IMG/VR virus record: IMGVR_UViG_3300022231_000010 | Span: 1 to 64,000 of that record | DNA length: 64,000 nucleotides | From: a virus | Reading direction: 5' to 3' (one strand) | Part shown: one piece after another, positions 50,966-60,258 of the stretch | Layout of the letters: each line of letters begins with the position of its first letter | Numbering within the stretch: position 1 is the stretch's first letter | Notes under the pieces: generated by a model | Told to the model about the DNA's origin: nothing | The model's input: only the letters and a program-made list of their open reading frames with translations | Databases searched by the model: none | Made by a program: the position numbers and the translations under genes

Positions 50966-52681
50966 TCACCGGAAATATTTGTCAAGATTGACGGGCTTTC
51001 CCGGAGTGATGCCTTGGGCTTCTTCAAAGTCCCTTCTGGCCCGCTCATTCAGTTCTGCTTCCTCAGACGATTCAAAGGATTGAGGGGTATTGGACGGCTC
51101 GGGAGTAGCCCTGCCGAGTCTCTGCCGGATCGTTTCAGCAGACGGAAGCATGTTGTTGTTCTCGATATGACGCAGAGCAACATTGGTCTGACGCTCCAGA
51201 TCCCTCATCTCTCCATTGGTCTTGGAGTAGCTATCCACCAGCTTGTTCCAGTTCTCGATCTTGGCTGCAAGAGGCAGGTTCTTTTCCAGCTTCTTCTTAT
51301 CGTATGCAAACTTGCGGACTTTCCATCCGCCGACATTGACCTCCGGGCCTTGGGCGACAGCTCCCTTGGTAGCCTTGTCCATGAGGATCTGGTTCATCCC
51401 CGGCTTGTCATTGTTTCCCCAATGGTTGTAGATATTCTGGGCCAGAACGTCCGTTTGCTCACGCTTGTAGAGCATGTTGTCCACAAGAGCATCCGCCTTG
51501 GCGACCATCTCCCTTGGTGGCTTTCCAGCGAAGTTCTTGAGGTCGTCGTTGATGACGTTATTGGCCTGATCAATCCGGCGTTGGAGGCGGGAGATTGTAG
51601 GATCTGATTCCTGAAGCGAATCAATGAGCTTTCCGCCCCCGGACTTATTGACCGAGTCGGCTTGGAATCTCTTGGCGGCATATTGCCTTTGGAGGCTGAA
51701 CAGCTCGTTCTCCATGGTGCTTCTGGCCTGAATGAGATCCGGTCTGCCAGTGCTTGCGCTGGATACAACACTATCCCATTGGTTGTCATTGCCAATTAGT
51801 CCGACTCTGGCTGCCTCGGGAAGCTTGGAGAAGTTCTCGTTGGCTTGTTGAGGTGTCGAACCGAACGACTGGAATGGTTGGATTGGAGATCCAAGACCAC
51901 CACCCATGGCTGCGGCTTGCTTTCTTTCCCATTCAGACATCTCCAGCTTGGCCAGAGATTGGATGGCATAGCCCGCATTGTTCGGATTGCTTTGAGCGGC
52001 CATCATCAGACCTGCCTTCTGCATGTTCAGAATCCTTTGTCGGGCTTGTTCTCCCTGATCCATTGGTTGTGGATTAGGAATAGCAGCAGGAACAGTATCA
52101 CTCACGATGTCCGTGGATGGAGTCATGAATGAAGCATCGAAGCCGAGCGACTCCGCAAGCGGGTTGATGTTCGACAACGCGATGGATGGGTCTTCCATTG
52201 CGGGTGCTGGGGCAGCAGCTTGAGGCTGGCCGAAGTTCATGTTGCCAAAGATAGCGTCGAGCTGTTTACCCATACGCTCTTCCCTCTGCATCTTCCGAAG
52301 CTCTCCTTGGTAGCGGAGGTTCTGAAGATCTGCCTGACGGCTCTGCATAGCCCTAGAAGCAGCCCTGTCCTCAGCCCTTGAAGCAAGCGTCCTTTGGAAT
52401 TGAGACTCTTGCTGGGCCATCTTCTTCTCTTCAAGAGAGAGTCTGGCTGCGTCTTGTTCCTTTTGATACTCGAACTTCTGTTGGTCGATCTTCTCCCGCT
52501 TGATGTCCATGGCGGCTGCATAGCCATCACGGATCACTTGGTTGGCATTTGAATTGATGTCACGGATGGATTGTCCGGCCATCTTGATACCATCAGAAAT
52601 ACCTCTCTGTCCGTCTGCCATGATAGCGACGAACGGATGGATTCCGCTGATGTTTACCGGTGTTCCTTGAAGGATCGACAT
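50966..52681 (-). CDS. Internal virion or ejection protein candidate (coiled-coil rich)
   Basis: 571 aa with long charged helical segments (KREKIDQQKFEYQKEQDAARLSLEEKKMAQQESQFQ). It sits directly upstream of the giant gene. Confidence 0.6.
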   Translation of the reverse strand: MSILQGTPVNISGIHPFVAIMADGQRGISDGIKMAGQSIRDINSNANQVIRDGYAAAMDIKREKIDQQKFEYQKEQDAARLSLEEKKMAQQESQFQRTLASRAEDRAASRAMQSRQADLQNLRYQGELRKMQREERMGKQLDAIFGNMNFGQPQAAAPAPAMEDPSIALSNINPLAESLGFDASFMTPSTDIVSDTVPAAIPNPQPMDQGEQARQRILNMQKAGLMMAAQSNPNNAGYAIQSLAKLEMSEWERKQAAAMGGGLGSPIQPFQSFGSTPQQANENFSKLPEAARVGLIGNDNQWDSVVSSASTGRPDLIQARSTMENELFSLQRQYAAKRFQADSVNKSGGGKLIDSLQESDPTISRLQRRIDQANNVINDDLKNFAGKPPREMVAKADALVDNMLYKREQTDVLAQNIYNHWGNNDKPGMNQILMDKATKGAVAQGPEVNVGGWKVRKFAYDKKKLEKNLPLAAKIENWNKLVDSYSKTNGEMRDLERQTNVALRHIENNNMLPSAETIRQRLGRATPEPSNTPQSFESSEEAELNERARRDFEEAQGITPGKPVNLDKYFR

Positions 52682-52696
52682 ATGGGTTATTCTCTA

Positions 52697-53632
52697 TTAG
52701 CCAAACCATCCACCGCCACCGCTATTGGAGCCTCCGCCTCCGAACAGTCCGCCAAAGAGAGACTGAAGGCCAGAACCAATCGCATTACCGGCTTGGGCAT
52801 ATGCTTGTCCATAATTGGGGATTGGTGCTTGCTGGATACCTGCAATGCCAGCCTTGGTGGAAGCGGCATTATTGGCCATCTGAAGAATGAGCTGGGTCTG
52901 TAGCTGGAGGCCGGGGTCCGCTTGAGATGACAGGTTGAAATAGTTCTGTTGGCTTTGTTGGCCAAGCAATGCTTGGGAAAGATCCGTCTGAAGGGCTGTC
53001 TTCGGATCGAATTGATATTGCTGTGCCGACATGAGCCGGGAGATCGGAGAGATCGCCTCTGCTCCTTGGATGACCTGTTGAAGCAGGTTTCCACCTTGAG
53101 AGATGGCATCCAGAGAAGAAAGTCCAAGGTCTCTGAGGGTAGCCGGGGCTGCGCCGCCCGGAGTTCCTGATGCTCCAGACGATCCAGCCCTAGCGGCAAA
53201 GATGTTCTGGATTACATCCTGAGGAAGTTGTCCTTGGGAAAGCGAATTGGCCTGCCTGCCGAGATTGCTCAGTGTTCCTAGTGCATTTGAATCGAAAGCA
53301 TTGATCCTCGACTGTGCCTGCTGGATGTCTCCTTGGTTGGTTCTGTTCACCAATGCCTGAGCACCCGTCAGATTCGTCCCATTTGCCCCTAGGAGAGCTT
53401 GAAGCGACTGACCAAGACTCACGGGCTGATACATCGCTGCCTGCGTCTTAGAGCCTGCGTATCCCACAGGATTAGCCGCAATGTTATCAATCACTCCTTG
53501 GTAGGACTGACTAAGCTCGGCAGCCGCAGCATTGAGCTGGGCGATCATTGCCTTTTGCTGCTTCTCCGCAGACTTGGTTGCGGCCTTGGTGCCCAAATAG
53601 CTCCCAGCGGCTCCGAAAAGTGCTCCTAGCAT
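52697..53632 (-). CDS. Gly/Gln/Ala-rich internal virion protein candidate
   Basis: 311 aa. Hydrophobic N-terminus MLGALFGAAGSYLG and a Gly-rich C-terminus GGLFGGGGSNSGGGGWFG. Confidence 0.6.
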   Translation of the reverse strand: MLGALFGAAGSYLGTKAATKSAEKQQKAMIAQLNAAAAELSQSYQGVIDNIAANPVGYAGSKTQAAMYQPVSLGQSLQALLGANGTNLTGAQALVNRTNQGDIQQAQSRINAFDSNALGTLSNLGRQANSLSQGQLPQDVIQNIFAARAGSSGASGTPGGAAPATLRDLGLSSLDAISQGGNLLQQVIQGAEAISPISRLMSAQQYQFDPKTALQTDLSQALLGQQSQQNYFNLSSQADPGLQLQTQLILQMANNAASTKAGIAGIQQAPIPNYGQAYAQAGNAIGSGLQSLFGGLFGGGGSNSGGGGWFG

Positions 53633-53636
53633 GGTG

Positions 53637-54632
53637 TTATCTCCTTCTGATTGCGTGGGTTCTATTTCCCCTCAGGCGAGAGGCTCTGATTGGTGGACCA
53701 CTATGGGTGTTCTCCCGGTTTAGTCCAATGTCTCGGGATTGCTCGCCTTTGATGGCATTCATGAACAACCCACGATGGTATTCGGATTTCTGGATCATGC
53801 CGCCTTCAGCTCCAGAGTTGGAGTAGAAGAGGTGTCTTGCAGCATTGTCAACGGCTTCGCGGTTGCCGGTTTCTACAATGTCATAATCATCCCAGAGAGG
53901 GGTGAAGTTCCGGCTGGCTCTGATCACCACAACGGCTTTGTCGCAGACTCCAGTGAGCTTGATTCGCTTGTAGGAGGGGACAGTTTCAAATGGTGAGTAA
54001 TTGGAAAGCACTCTGCCTCCTGTTGCTTGGCGGATGTCCACTCCAGACTTGAGAGACGGAGGAAGGATCACGGACTTGATGTAGCGGACCAGTCCATTCG
54101 TTCCCATCCATGCTCCAGATTGAAGTGAGATTTCTTCCGTTGTTTCCTCTCCCCTATCGCTCTCATATACGATCCTAACCTTCTTGTTGCTGTCCAGAGG
54201 GCTCCTTGCAAGGAATTGGATCACGTCAGCAGCGCCACAAGGAGATAGATCACGCTCGGTGGGGTAAAATCCAGGCCTATCATAGCTTGCAATAAGGCAG
54301 TTGGCAGAGGTCTTGAGTCCTACTTTGGACTCTCTCCACTTTGAATAAAGTGTGATTGGAGTATTGAGGAACCAAGCAGCCTCCACAGTATTCATGTAGG
54401 AAGGAAGCGTGATGCCCATATACTCGGACTCACATTGGCCGCATTGGCAGAACCTTTGAACTTGGAAACATTCCTCTACGTCCACCTCTATCTCATACTC
54501 TTGGTAGGCGTTATACATCTTCTCGCGGATCAGGTTGGCCATATCAATGAGATACGGACGATCCTTTTCCACGGTCGTCTGGAATGGCCTCTCAATCCAC
54601 TTGAGGAAGGTTGCTAGAGTTGTTTGGTTCAT
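53637..54632 (-). CDS. Hypothetical structural protein
   Basis: 331-aa ORF in the tail or adaptor context. Contains CQCGQC. Confidence 0.65.
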   Translation of the reverse strand: MNQTTLATFLKWIERPFQTTVEKDRPYLIDMANLIREKMYNAYQEYEIEVDVEECFQVQRFCQCGQCESEYMGITLPSYMNTVEAAWFLNTPITLYSKWRESKVGLKTSANCLIASYDRPGFYPTERDLSPCGAADVIQFLARSPLDSNKKVRIVYESDRGEETTEEISLQSGAWMGTNGLVRYIKSVILPPSLKSGVDIRQATGGRVLSNYSPFETVPSYKRIKLTGVCDKAVVVIRASRNFTPLWDDYDIVETGNREAVDNAARHLFYSNSGAEGGMIQKSEYHRGLFMNAIKGEQSRDIGLNRENTHSGPPIRASRLRGNRTHAIRRR

Positions 54633-55450
54633 GGCTGGGCCTTGATGAATCCAAGAAGGACTACAGTCTCGTCAGCAAGCAAAGCTGGATGGGAGACAAA
54701 TCCAGAGGAGATGATAATGAAAGATTGGTTGTTTGGCTGTGCCACAATCGCGTGCGTTGCCCATGTGGGGACAGTTGTGAAGGATGCTAGGTTGACCGAA
54801 CCGGCGCTTGCGGCTCCCGTTTTGATTGTGATGGGCGCAGTCAGAAGCTTTGGCAGATGGACCATGACCTTGTCATCTTCACCAACCACAACGGCATTAC
54901 CCGTGTCGATGGATGGGATTACACGGATACATCCTTCGATGTCCCTATCAATGAAGTTGGCTCCAGTGCTGACGCAGACAGAAGAAGACGATAGATAGAT
55001 GCCTCCATCAGAACCAATGATCAAAGCATTACCTCCATCAGCGGAGATGCCGATGGAAGCAGATTGCGCGATCTGTTCAATTGCTTGCTGTGTGACTTGC
55101 CAGCATCCATTGGCATCCAGCGTGATCAGGTTTCCTGTATTTGTTGAGATACAAGGAATCGGAGGAATGGATTGGCTGGTGGATTCCCAAGCTCCTGTTC
55201 CGGGGTTGTAACGGAAAGATTCTCCAGTAGGAACTCCATTCTCGTCTGCCAGATACCAGATCTTTGTCTTATCTTCTGGGGGGGTCGTAGAAACAATGGC
55301 ATCTCCAGTCTGGGAGGCTGGAGAAAGAGTTACAGTAAGCCTGCGTTCAATCTCCCTTGCGGTCTTGTCGGTAAGACAATCTCCCGGAGAGGCAGGCTTG
55401 AAGTTTACCTTGGCTGTAGCATCAGCCCTGCTGTTGGTTCCAGTAGCCAT
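54629..55450 (-). CDS. Hypothetical structural (fibre- or tail-like) protein
   Basis: 273 aa, Ser/Thr/Gly/Ala-rich and beta-rich. Confidence 0.65.
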   Translation of the reverse strand: MATGTNSRADATAKVNFKPASPGDCLTDKTAREIERRLTVTLSPASQTGDAIVSTTPPEDKTKIWYLADENGVPTGESFRYNPGTGAWESTSQSIPPIPCISTNTGNLITLDANGCWQVTQQAIEQIAQSASIGISADGGNALIIGSDGGIYLSSSSVCVSTGANFIDRDIEGCIRVIPSIDTGNAVVVGEDDKVMVHLPKLLTAPITIKTGAASAGSVNLASFTTVPTWATHAIVAQPNNQSFIIISSGFVSHPALLADETVVLLGFIKAQP

Positions 55451-57249
55451 TAGGATTCCGGGTAAGAGAATGGATTGAATTCAAAGACGTTACCTTCGTC
55501 TGGAGATAGAGAAACACATTCCGAGGCAATATTTCCAGATGATTCTCCGCCTTTGTCCACAGAATGCTTGATTCTCACGGACTCAAAGGAACATGAGCCA
55601 GTGATCTTAAAGAGAAATTGAATCCATCTGCTTCTATTGCCTATGGATTGAGGAGGGGCTCCCATCTCCATTCTGAACTCGCGGCTTGGAGCTGATCCGT
55701 ATTGGCATTCATCGGCTCCCTCAAGACATGCTTCGCCATACAACACCCATTCGGTCTGGTCTGTTCTGGCATAGGCTTTGATAGCTACATTGCCGATGAC
55801 CTTTTTGAAGGTGGCGACAGCATTGGTGACGTTCTTCGTAGAAGCCTCATCTCCTGCCGTATCAGCCCTTGTGATGACCTGCCATTCGATATTCTTGGCG
55901 GTGTCAACACCTCCTGAAATGATGTGGTCTTGGTTTAGATCTCTTGTGAACTCCATCAGCCGGATCTTCAGATCGTCTCCTGTAACAAACGCAAAGCTTC
56001 TTTCTCTTGCGTCAAACGTCCCAGACACCAGCTGGTTGATAAGGTAGGCCTCTTTGGGAAAGGTCCAGAGACCCTCCCAACACTGGATATCCAGATTGGG
56101 AACCGGCCTGAAGTTCATCACCAGAATGCCTCTTCCGCCACGATGGGAGGATTCAACGATCTGGTGTGCTGTTGTAACGAATAGGCGGTTGTCACGGACG
56201 GACTTACTGATGGAGGCAAATCTGAAGTAGTTCGTGGAGTCTCTTTCAATGTAGTTTCCCACCCTTTCGGACAATGGCCTTTGGGGGTTTCCTACTTGGT
56301 TGATCTGAGCGGCAGACCTGAGCGAATGGACGCCATTCCGGGTTAGGTAGATTTGGTCGGAGTCATACAATGTAATGGCATAGAACCCAGAGCAGGCAGC
56401 ATCCAGACTAACGTGCTTTGTGATCGCTGTGTTTGGCCATTGGTCTCTTGGATATACTGTGATGTCCAAGGAGAAGATTCCTTCTTCGCAATGGAACATG
56501 AGATCACCGTGGCCATGGGTGGTATTCCGCAGTGGCAGCGTAGCTACCGCCAGAACCTTCCCTAGCGCAGAGGGCGGCGAAAAGAATGATCCAGTAGCCC
56601 AATAGACCTGCTCGGTCATAGAGAGGATATTAGAGGCATTAGAAGAGCCGTCCCTGTGGATGATGTCACCCACAAGAATCTGCCTGCCATTGACTACTTG
56701 GACGACACGACCATGAGCATAAGCAATCATGGACGCTCCATTGGCCAGCTTGGACTTGTCTTTCTCCGTGGCATTGTAACCAGTGGAGAAGTAGGCCGGA
56801 GCCTTTCCGTCCCAGATCCAAGTATCGCTATTGCCGTCTTGGGCAATCAGGTAGTTCTCTGCCTGAGCCATCCAGACCATGTGATAGGTCGGGTTGGTGG
56901 CTGCCGTCCCAGCGATCTCATTTACCGTAATCTTTGAGTTCGTCGGGTGTTCATCCGTGATACGGATTGAGAACTTCCTTCCGGATGCGGAAACAACCAG
57001 CATGGAGTCGTCCTCCCCGATGATCTGCTGGGATTGACCCTGGGATGGGTTGTAGAAGCAGGCTCCTTGGAAGGATAGGCCATCCAACTCCGGAAGATCA
57101 TGGATAACCACTCCGGGACGGTTGATAAGAAGGCTGTCATGCACGCGGCAGTTCACCGCCTCCGCCACCTCCCTCTGGACTAGGAGGGCTGGTGGAGAGG
57201 TTTGGTTCATCCCAGCGGCGGGATATCGCATGACATAGGAATCAGCCAT
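55450..57249 (-). CDS. Hypothetical large tail protein
   Basis: 599-aa ORF with a 1-nt overlap with each neighbour. Confidence 0.65.
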   Translation of the reverse strand: MADSYVMRYPAAGMNQTSPPALLVQREVAEAVNCRVHDSLLINRPGVVIHDLPELDGLSFQGACFYNPSQGQSQQIIGEDDSMLVVSASGRKFSIRITDEHPTNSKITVNEIAGTAATNPTYHMVWMAQAENYLIAQDGNSDTWIWDGKAPAYFSTGYNATEKDKSKLANGASMIAYAHGRVVQVVNGRQILVGDIIHRDGSSNASNILSMTEQVYWATGSFFSPPSALGKVLAVATLPLRNTTHGHGDLMFHCEEGIFSLDITVYPRDQWPNTAITKHVSLDAACSGFYAITLYDSDQIYLTRNGVHSLRSAAQINQVGNPQRPLSERVGNYIERDSTNYFRFASISKSVRDNRLFVTTAHQIVESSHRGGRGILVMNFRPVPNLDIQCWEGLWTFPKEAYLINQLVSGTFDARERSFAFVTGDDLKIRLMEFTRDLNQDHIISGGVDTAKNIEWQVITRADTAGDEASTKNVTNAVATFKKVIGNVAIKAYARTDQTEWVLYGEACLEGADECQYGSAPSREFRMEMGAPPQSIGNRSRWIQFLFKITGSCSFESVRIKHSVDKGGESSGNIASECVSLSPDEGNVFEFNPFSYPES

Positions 57250-59042
57250 TAGTCAGAGCATGAGCAAGGAACTCCAATTTGTCCAACGTCTCCCGGTTGC
57301 ATGGAGAACCCAATGCCGTCGAAGGTTAGAGATCCAAAATCAATGTTAAGCTTCGTGTTCTCGCGTGATCCCGAGAAATACAGGTTTCGGATCACAGGGA
57401 TGGAGAATGGAGGGATGGGGTTCTGGACTTTGGAGATAAGACGCTTTTCCGGGATCTGCTCCTGATACCAAGAGCAGGTCTCTTCATCGTCATCATACTC
57501 GATGCCAAAGTTCTTCTCGTAGTAGTAAAGAGAAGTCTCTCCGGGATTTGGACCCGGCTCAGAGAAGACGATCTCTACTGCTTGAGCTTCTCCCGGCGTA
57601 CATCCGCCTTCTCCGCCGCCAGCTGGTCCCGGTGGACCTTGTGGGCCAACGGCTCCATTTGCACCCGGAGGGCCTTGTTCGCCCGGAGGGCAATCGCAGT
57701 CATCTCCTGTTCCGACATAGGCCTTACGGATTGTTCCAGCTCCAAGGTTGTATCGGACAGGATCACAATCAGCGATCTTGTGGGCTACGATCTTGATCCA
57801 AGCACCAGACCAAATCGGGGTGACATCATCCGTGGTTTGCGTGTTGCTGATGTAGGCGCTGTGGGCGCCCTTCTTGACTCTGATAAGTCCAACTCCGGTA
57901 TTGGTGCAGGATTCATCCAGTCTGGCAACCATGCCGCCGTCAGAAGGAGAGGTGATGGGGATTCCATCAACCACCAGATCGCACTTGTGGACGTTCAGAT
58001 TACCAGCCTGAGGCGTAAATCTTCTGGCTCCATAGACGGTCAGCATCGCTGGCCATGGAAGGTTGAAGTTGATGGTTACGTTCGGACCCGTGTCAGAGTT
58101 GTTCGTCCAAGCAAGAACGTGGGTTTCGGGCTCTCCTACTTCCCATGTGCCAGTAGAGCAGTCATAGAGAAGAACAAGCTCAGTAGAACATCCGCATTCT
58201 GGATCACAGGCCTTTGTATCAGCGGCAATCAACTTGAATGATGCCGAGATAGTATCCCAGATCAGAACGGATGGAGAGGTTCCCTTGAACTTGACTGGAT
58301 TGCCAGCGGAGCATGCAAGCAGGAATGGAACTCCTGTCATTGGCCCGATGTCGTCAAACAGGTCGCAAGGAGAAGTGATCGTGAACTTGCCTGTCAGAGG
58401 ATCATAGAAGGCTACACCCTCAAAGGTAGATCCAAGTCGGACAAGGTTGTTCCTCTCGCCTTCTGCAAGGCAGTCATCCGTATCAAAGCCAACAAGCTCG
58501 ACCGTAGTGGCCGAGTTCTCAGGGCGGGAAATCAGGATGTTGGAGTCATCAATACCAGATACACGGAAACCTTCATCATCCCAAACAACAAGGCCAACAG
58601 AGCCGGGGCGGCCACGGACCTTTCTCCAATCTCCGTTCTCCATCTGGATGATCAGATAGGGAAATTCCGGAGGATCTCCTTCGATTGGCTGCTTGGAAGC
58701 ATCCAGCAAAAGGCCATTAGGCCCCGTCGCATACGAGACAAGCTGCTCAAGGTCGATATTGGGAGCATTGGAGACAACAAATCCACCGGTTCCATCAGTG
58801 GCTACAAGTCCGGGCTTGCCTGGGTCCAGCTTGTAGATGCAGTCACCGGCTGTCCCGATGACTTCGATTCTCTTCGCTTTAGGAAGAGTTCTGAAGTTCT
58901 CAGAACACCAAGTAGTGTAGCATGGCTTGGGAGCTGGAGGGCAGGAGATGGAGCCAAACGCATGTACGGTGCCTTCCGGTGGTGTCAACGGGGCATTCGG
59001 ATCGTTGGGGTTGGCTGAAGAGCATCCGCAGGGGTCAGACAT
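57249..59042 (-). CDS. Cys-rich tail spike or fibre protein with a short collagen-like segment
   Basis: 597 aa. GEQGPPGANGAVGPQGPPGPAGG. The N- and C-termini are rich in Cys (MSDPCGCSS..., ...VPCSCSD). Confidence 0.65.
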   Translation of the reverse strand: MSDPCGCSSANPNDPNAPLTPPEGTVHAFGSISCPPAPKPCYTTWCSENFRTLPKAKRIEVIGTAGDCIYKLDPGKPGLVATDGTGGFVVSNAPNIDLEQLVSYATGPNGLLLDASKQPIEGDPPEFPYLIIQMENGDWRKVRGRPGSVGLVVWDDEGFRVSGIDDSNILISRPENSATTVELVGFDTDDCLAEGERNNLVRLGSTFEGVAFYDPLTGKFTITSPCDLFDDIGPMTGVPFLLACSAGNPVKFKGTSPSVLIWDTISASFKLIAADTKACDPECGCSTELVLLYDCSTGTWEVGEPETHVLAWTNNSDTGPNVTINFNLPWPAMLTVYGARRFTPQAGNLNVHKCDLVVDGIPITSPSDGGMVARLDESCTNTGVGLIRVKKGAHSAYISNTQTTDDVTPIWSGAWIKIVAHKIADCDPVRYNLGAGTIRKAYVGTGDDCDCPPGEQGPPGANGAVGPQGPPGPAGGGEGGCTPGEAQAVEIVFSEPGPNPGETSLYYYEKNFGIEYDDDEETCSWYQEQIPEKRLISKVQNPIPPFSIPVIRNLYFSGSRENTKLNIDFGSLTFDGIGFSMQPGDVGQIGVPCSCSD

Positions 59043-59054
59043 GGCTTTTCTTTA

Positions 59055-59657
59055 TTATTTGATGATGAATGGTCGGATACCCTTGAATAGGTTCCGCTCG
59101 GACTTTCTGCGCCGGGTAAGTCCAGCAAGCGTCTTGCCGCCAGCCTTGTCCCACTTAAGAAGCTCATCGGCAGCTTCATCGTAGTTCCCTGCGTTAAGTT
59201 TCTTCAAAAGGGTAGATTTACCAAGGCCTCCTGTATTGAAGTCGAAGCTAACCAAGGCTGCAAATTGATCATCCGTCAAAGGAACCTTCACAAAGGATTC
59301 AACTCGGCTTGAAAACTCGCGGATGTCGTGCCTCAGGAGATCTTCTGCTTCCTTTGGTGTTATTGATCTTCCTAGATATACTGTGCCGTCTAGGTGCTTT
59401 AGTCCTGTGTGGCCATATCCAATCGTTACAATTCCGACTGGATCTTTGTAAGCATTCAAGAACAGACCCTCGAAGTGCTTGATAAGTTCGATTCCGTTCT
59501 GATTGATCTCTCGGCCAACCGGCTCGGGGGTGTCACGGCTTTGCAGCCAAAGAAGGTTTGCGGACTTTGTCTTTGGGCCATCAACTCCATCCAATGGGCC
59601 CGGATCAAAGCCAAGAGCCTTGAGGGCATACTGTTTCAGATAGATATCAGTGTTCAT
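59055..59657 (-). CDS. Endolysin: peptidoglycan-binding domain plus GH24 (T4-type) lysozyme
   Basis: 200 aa. LKALGFDPGPLDGVDGPKTKSA (PG_binding_1-like), then IELIKHFEGLFLNAYKDPVGIVTIGYGHT (GH24 catalytic region). Confidence 0.85.
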   Translation of the reverse strand: MNTDIYLKQYALKALGFDPGPLDGVDGPKTKSANLLWLQSRDTPEPVGREINQNGIELIKHFEGLFLNAYKDPVGIVTIGYGHTGLKHLDGTVYLGRSITPKEAEDLLRHDIREFSSRVESFVKVPLTDDQFAALVSFDFNTGGLGKSTLLKKLNAGNYDEAADELLKWDKAGGKTLAGLTRRRKSERNLFKGIRPFIIK

Positions 59658-59687
59658 TTGAGATGGATTCTATGGCCAAGCGCAAGC

Positions 59688-59936
59688 TTACTTCGATGAC
59701 TTCCCCACAACAGCGGACACTCTGGAGACGCTGTAGAACCCGTAGATGTCATCAGGATATTGACCGGCTCGGTAAAGGTCAGCATCGGCAACCTTGATTT
59801 CAGGTCCAGATCCGTCGATCTTCTTCACCTTAGAGAAGGGGACAGGAGTCTTGGTGATACCGTGGATTGCGCCAGTGCATGAGCAGAGAGCAAGGATTGG
59901 GATAAGAATCAGTGTTTTCATTGTTTGAATGGGCAT
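59688..59936 (-). CDS. Lipoprotein, o-spanin candidate
   Basis: 82 aa. The signal peptide plus lipobox-like MKTLILIPILALCSC. It overlaps the upstream gene by 19 nt. Confidence 0.5.
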   Translation of the reverse strand: MPIQTMKTLILIPILALCSCTGAIHGITKTPVPFSKVKKIDGSGPEIKVADADLYRAGQYPDDIYGFYSVSRVSAVVGKSSK

Positions 59937-60256
59937 CGGGTTTGTGAGCAGGACTCAAATCTTGCTACGTAATCTGCCAGAACTTTGACCTGCGCATGGA
60001 GATCTTGCCTGTCATCTTCGCAATCATCAATCCTTCTTTTATCCATCATCCTTTCGGCTGTCAGGTTGATGACAGTATCTTGAAGGGTTGTGACCTGCTT
60101 TCTGGTGTCCTTGTGCCATGTCTCCCTGTTCCGGCGATCAGATGTAATATAGCTCTTAAGATAAAGAGCAACAGCAACGATTCCAAAAGTCAGAAGGATG
60201 TTCATTGGGGTGAATCCCAATGCCTTCATCTCTTTCATGATTAGCACGTAGTCCAT
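59918..60256 (-). CDS. i-spanin candidate (N-terminal TM plus coiled coil)
   Basis: The ATG at 60256 lies right after the stop of the collagen-like gene. MDYVLIMKEMKALGFTPMNILLTFGIVAVALYL followed by a charged helical region. Confidence 0.5.
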   Translation of the reverse strand: MDYVLIMKEMKALGFTPMNILLTFGIVAVALYLKSYITSDRRNRETWHKDTRKQVTTLQDTVINLTAERMMDKRRIDDCEDDRQDLHAQVKVLADYVARFESCSQTRCPFKQ

Positions 60257-60258
60257 GG

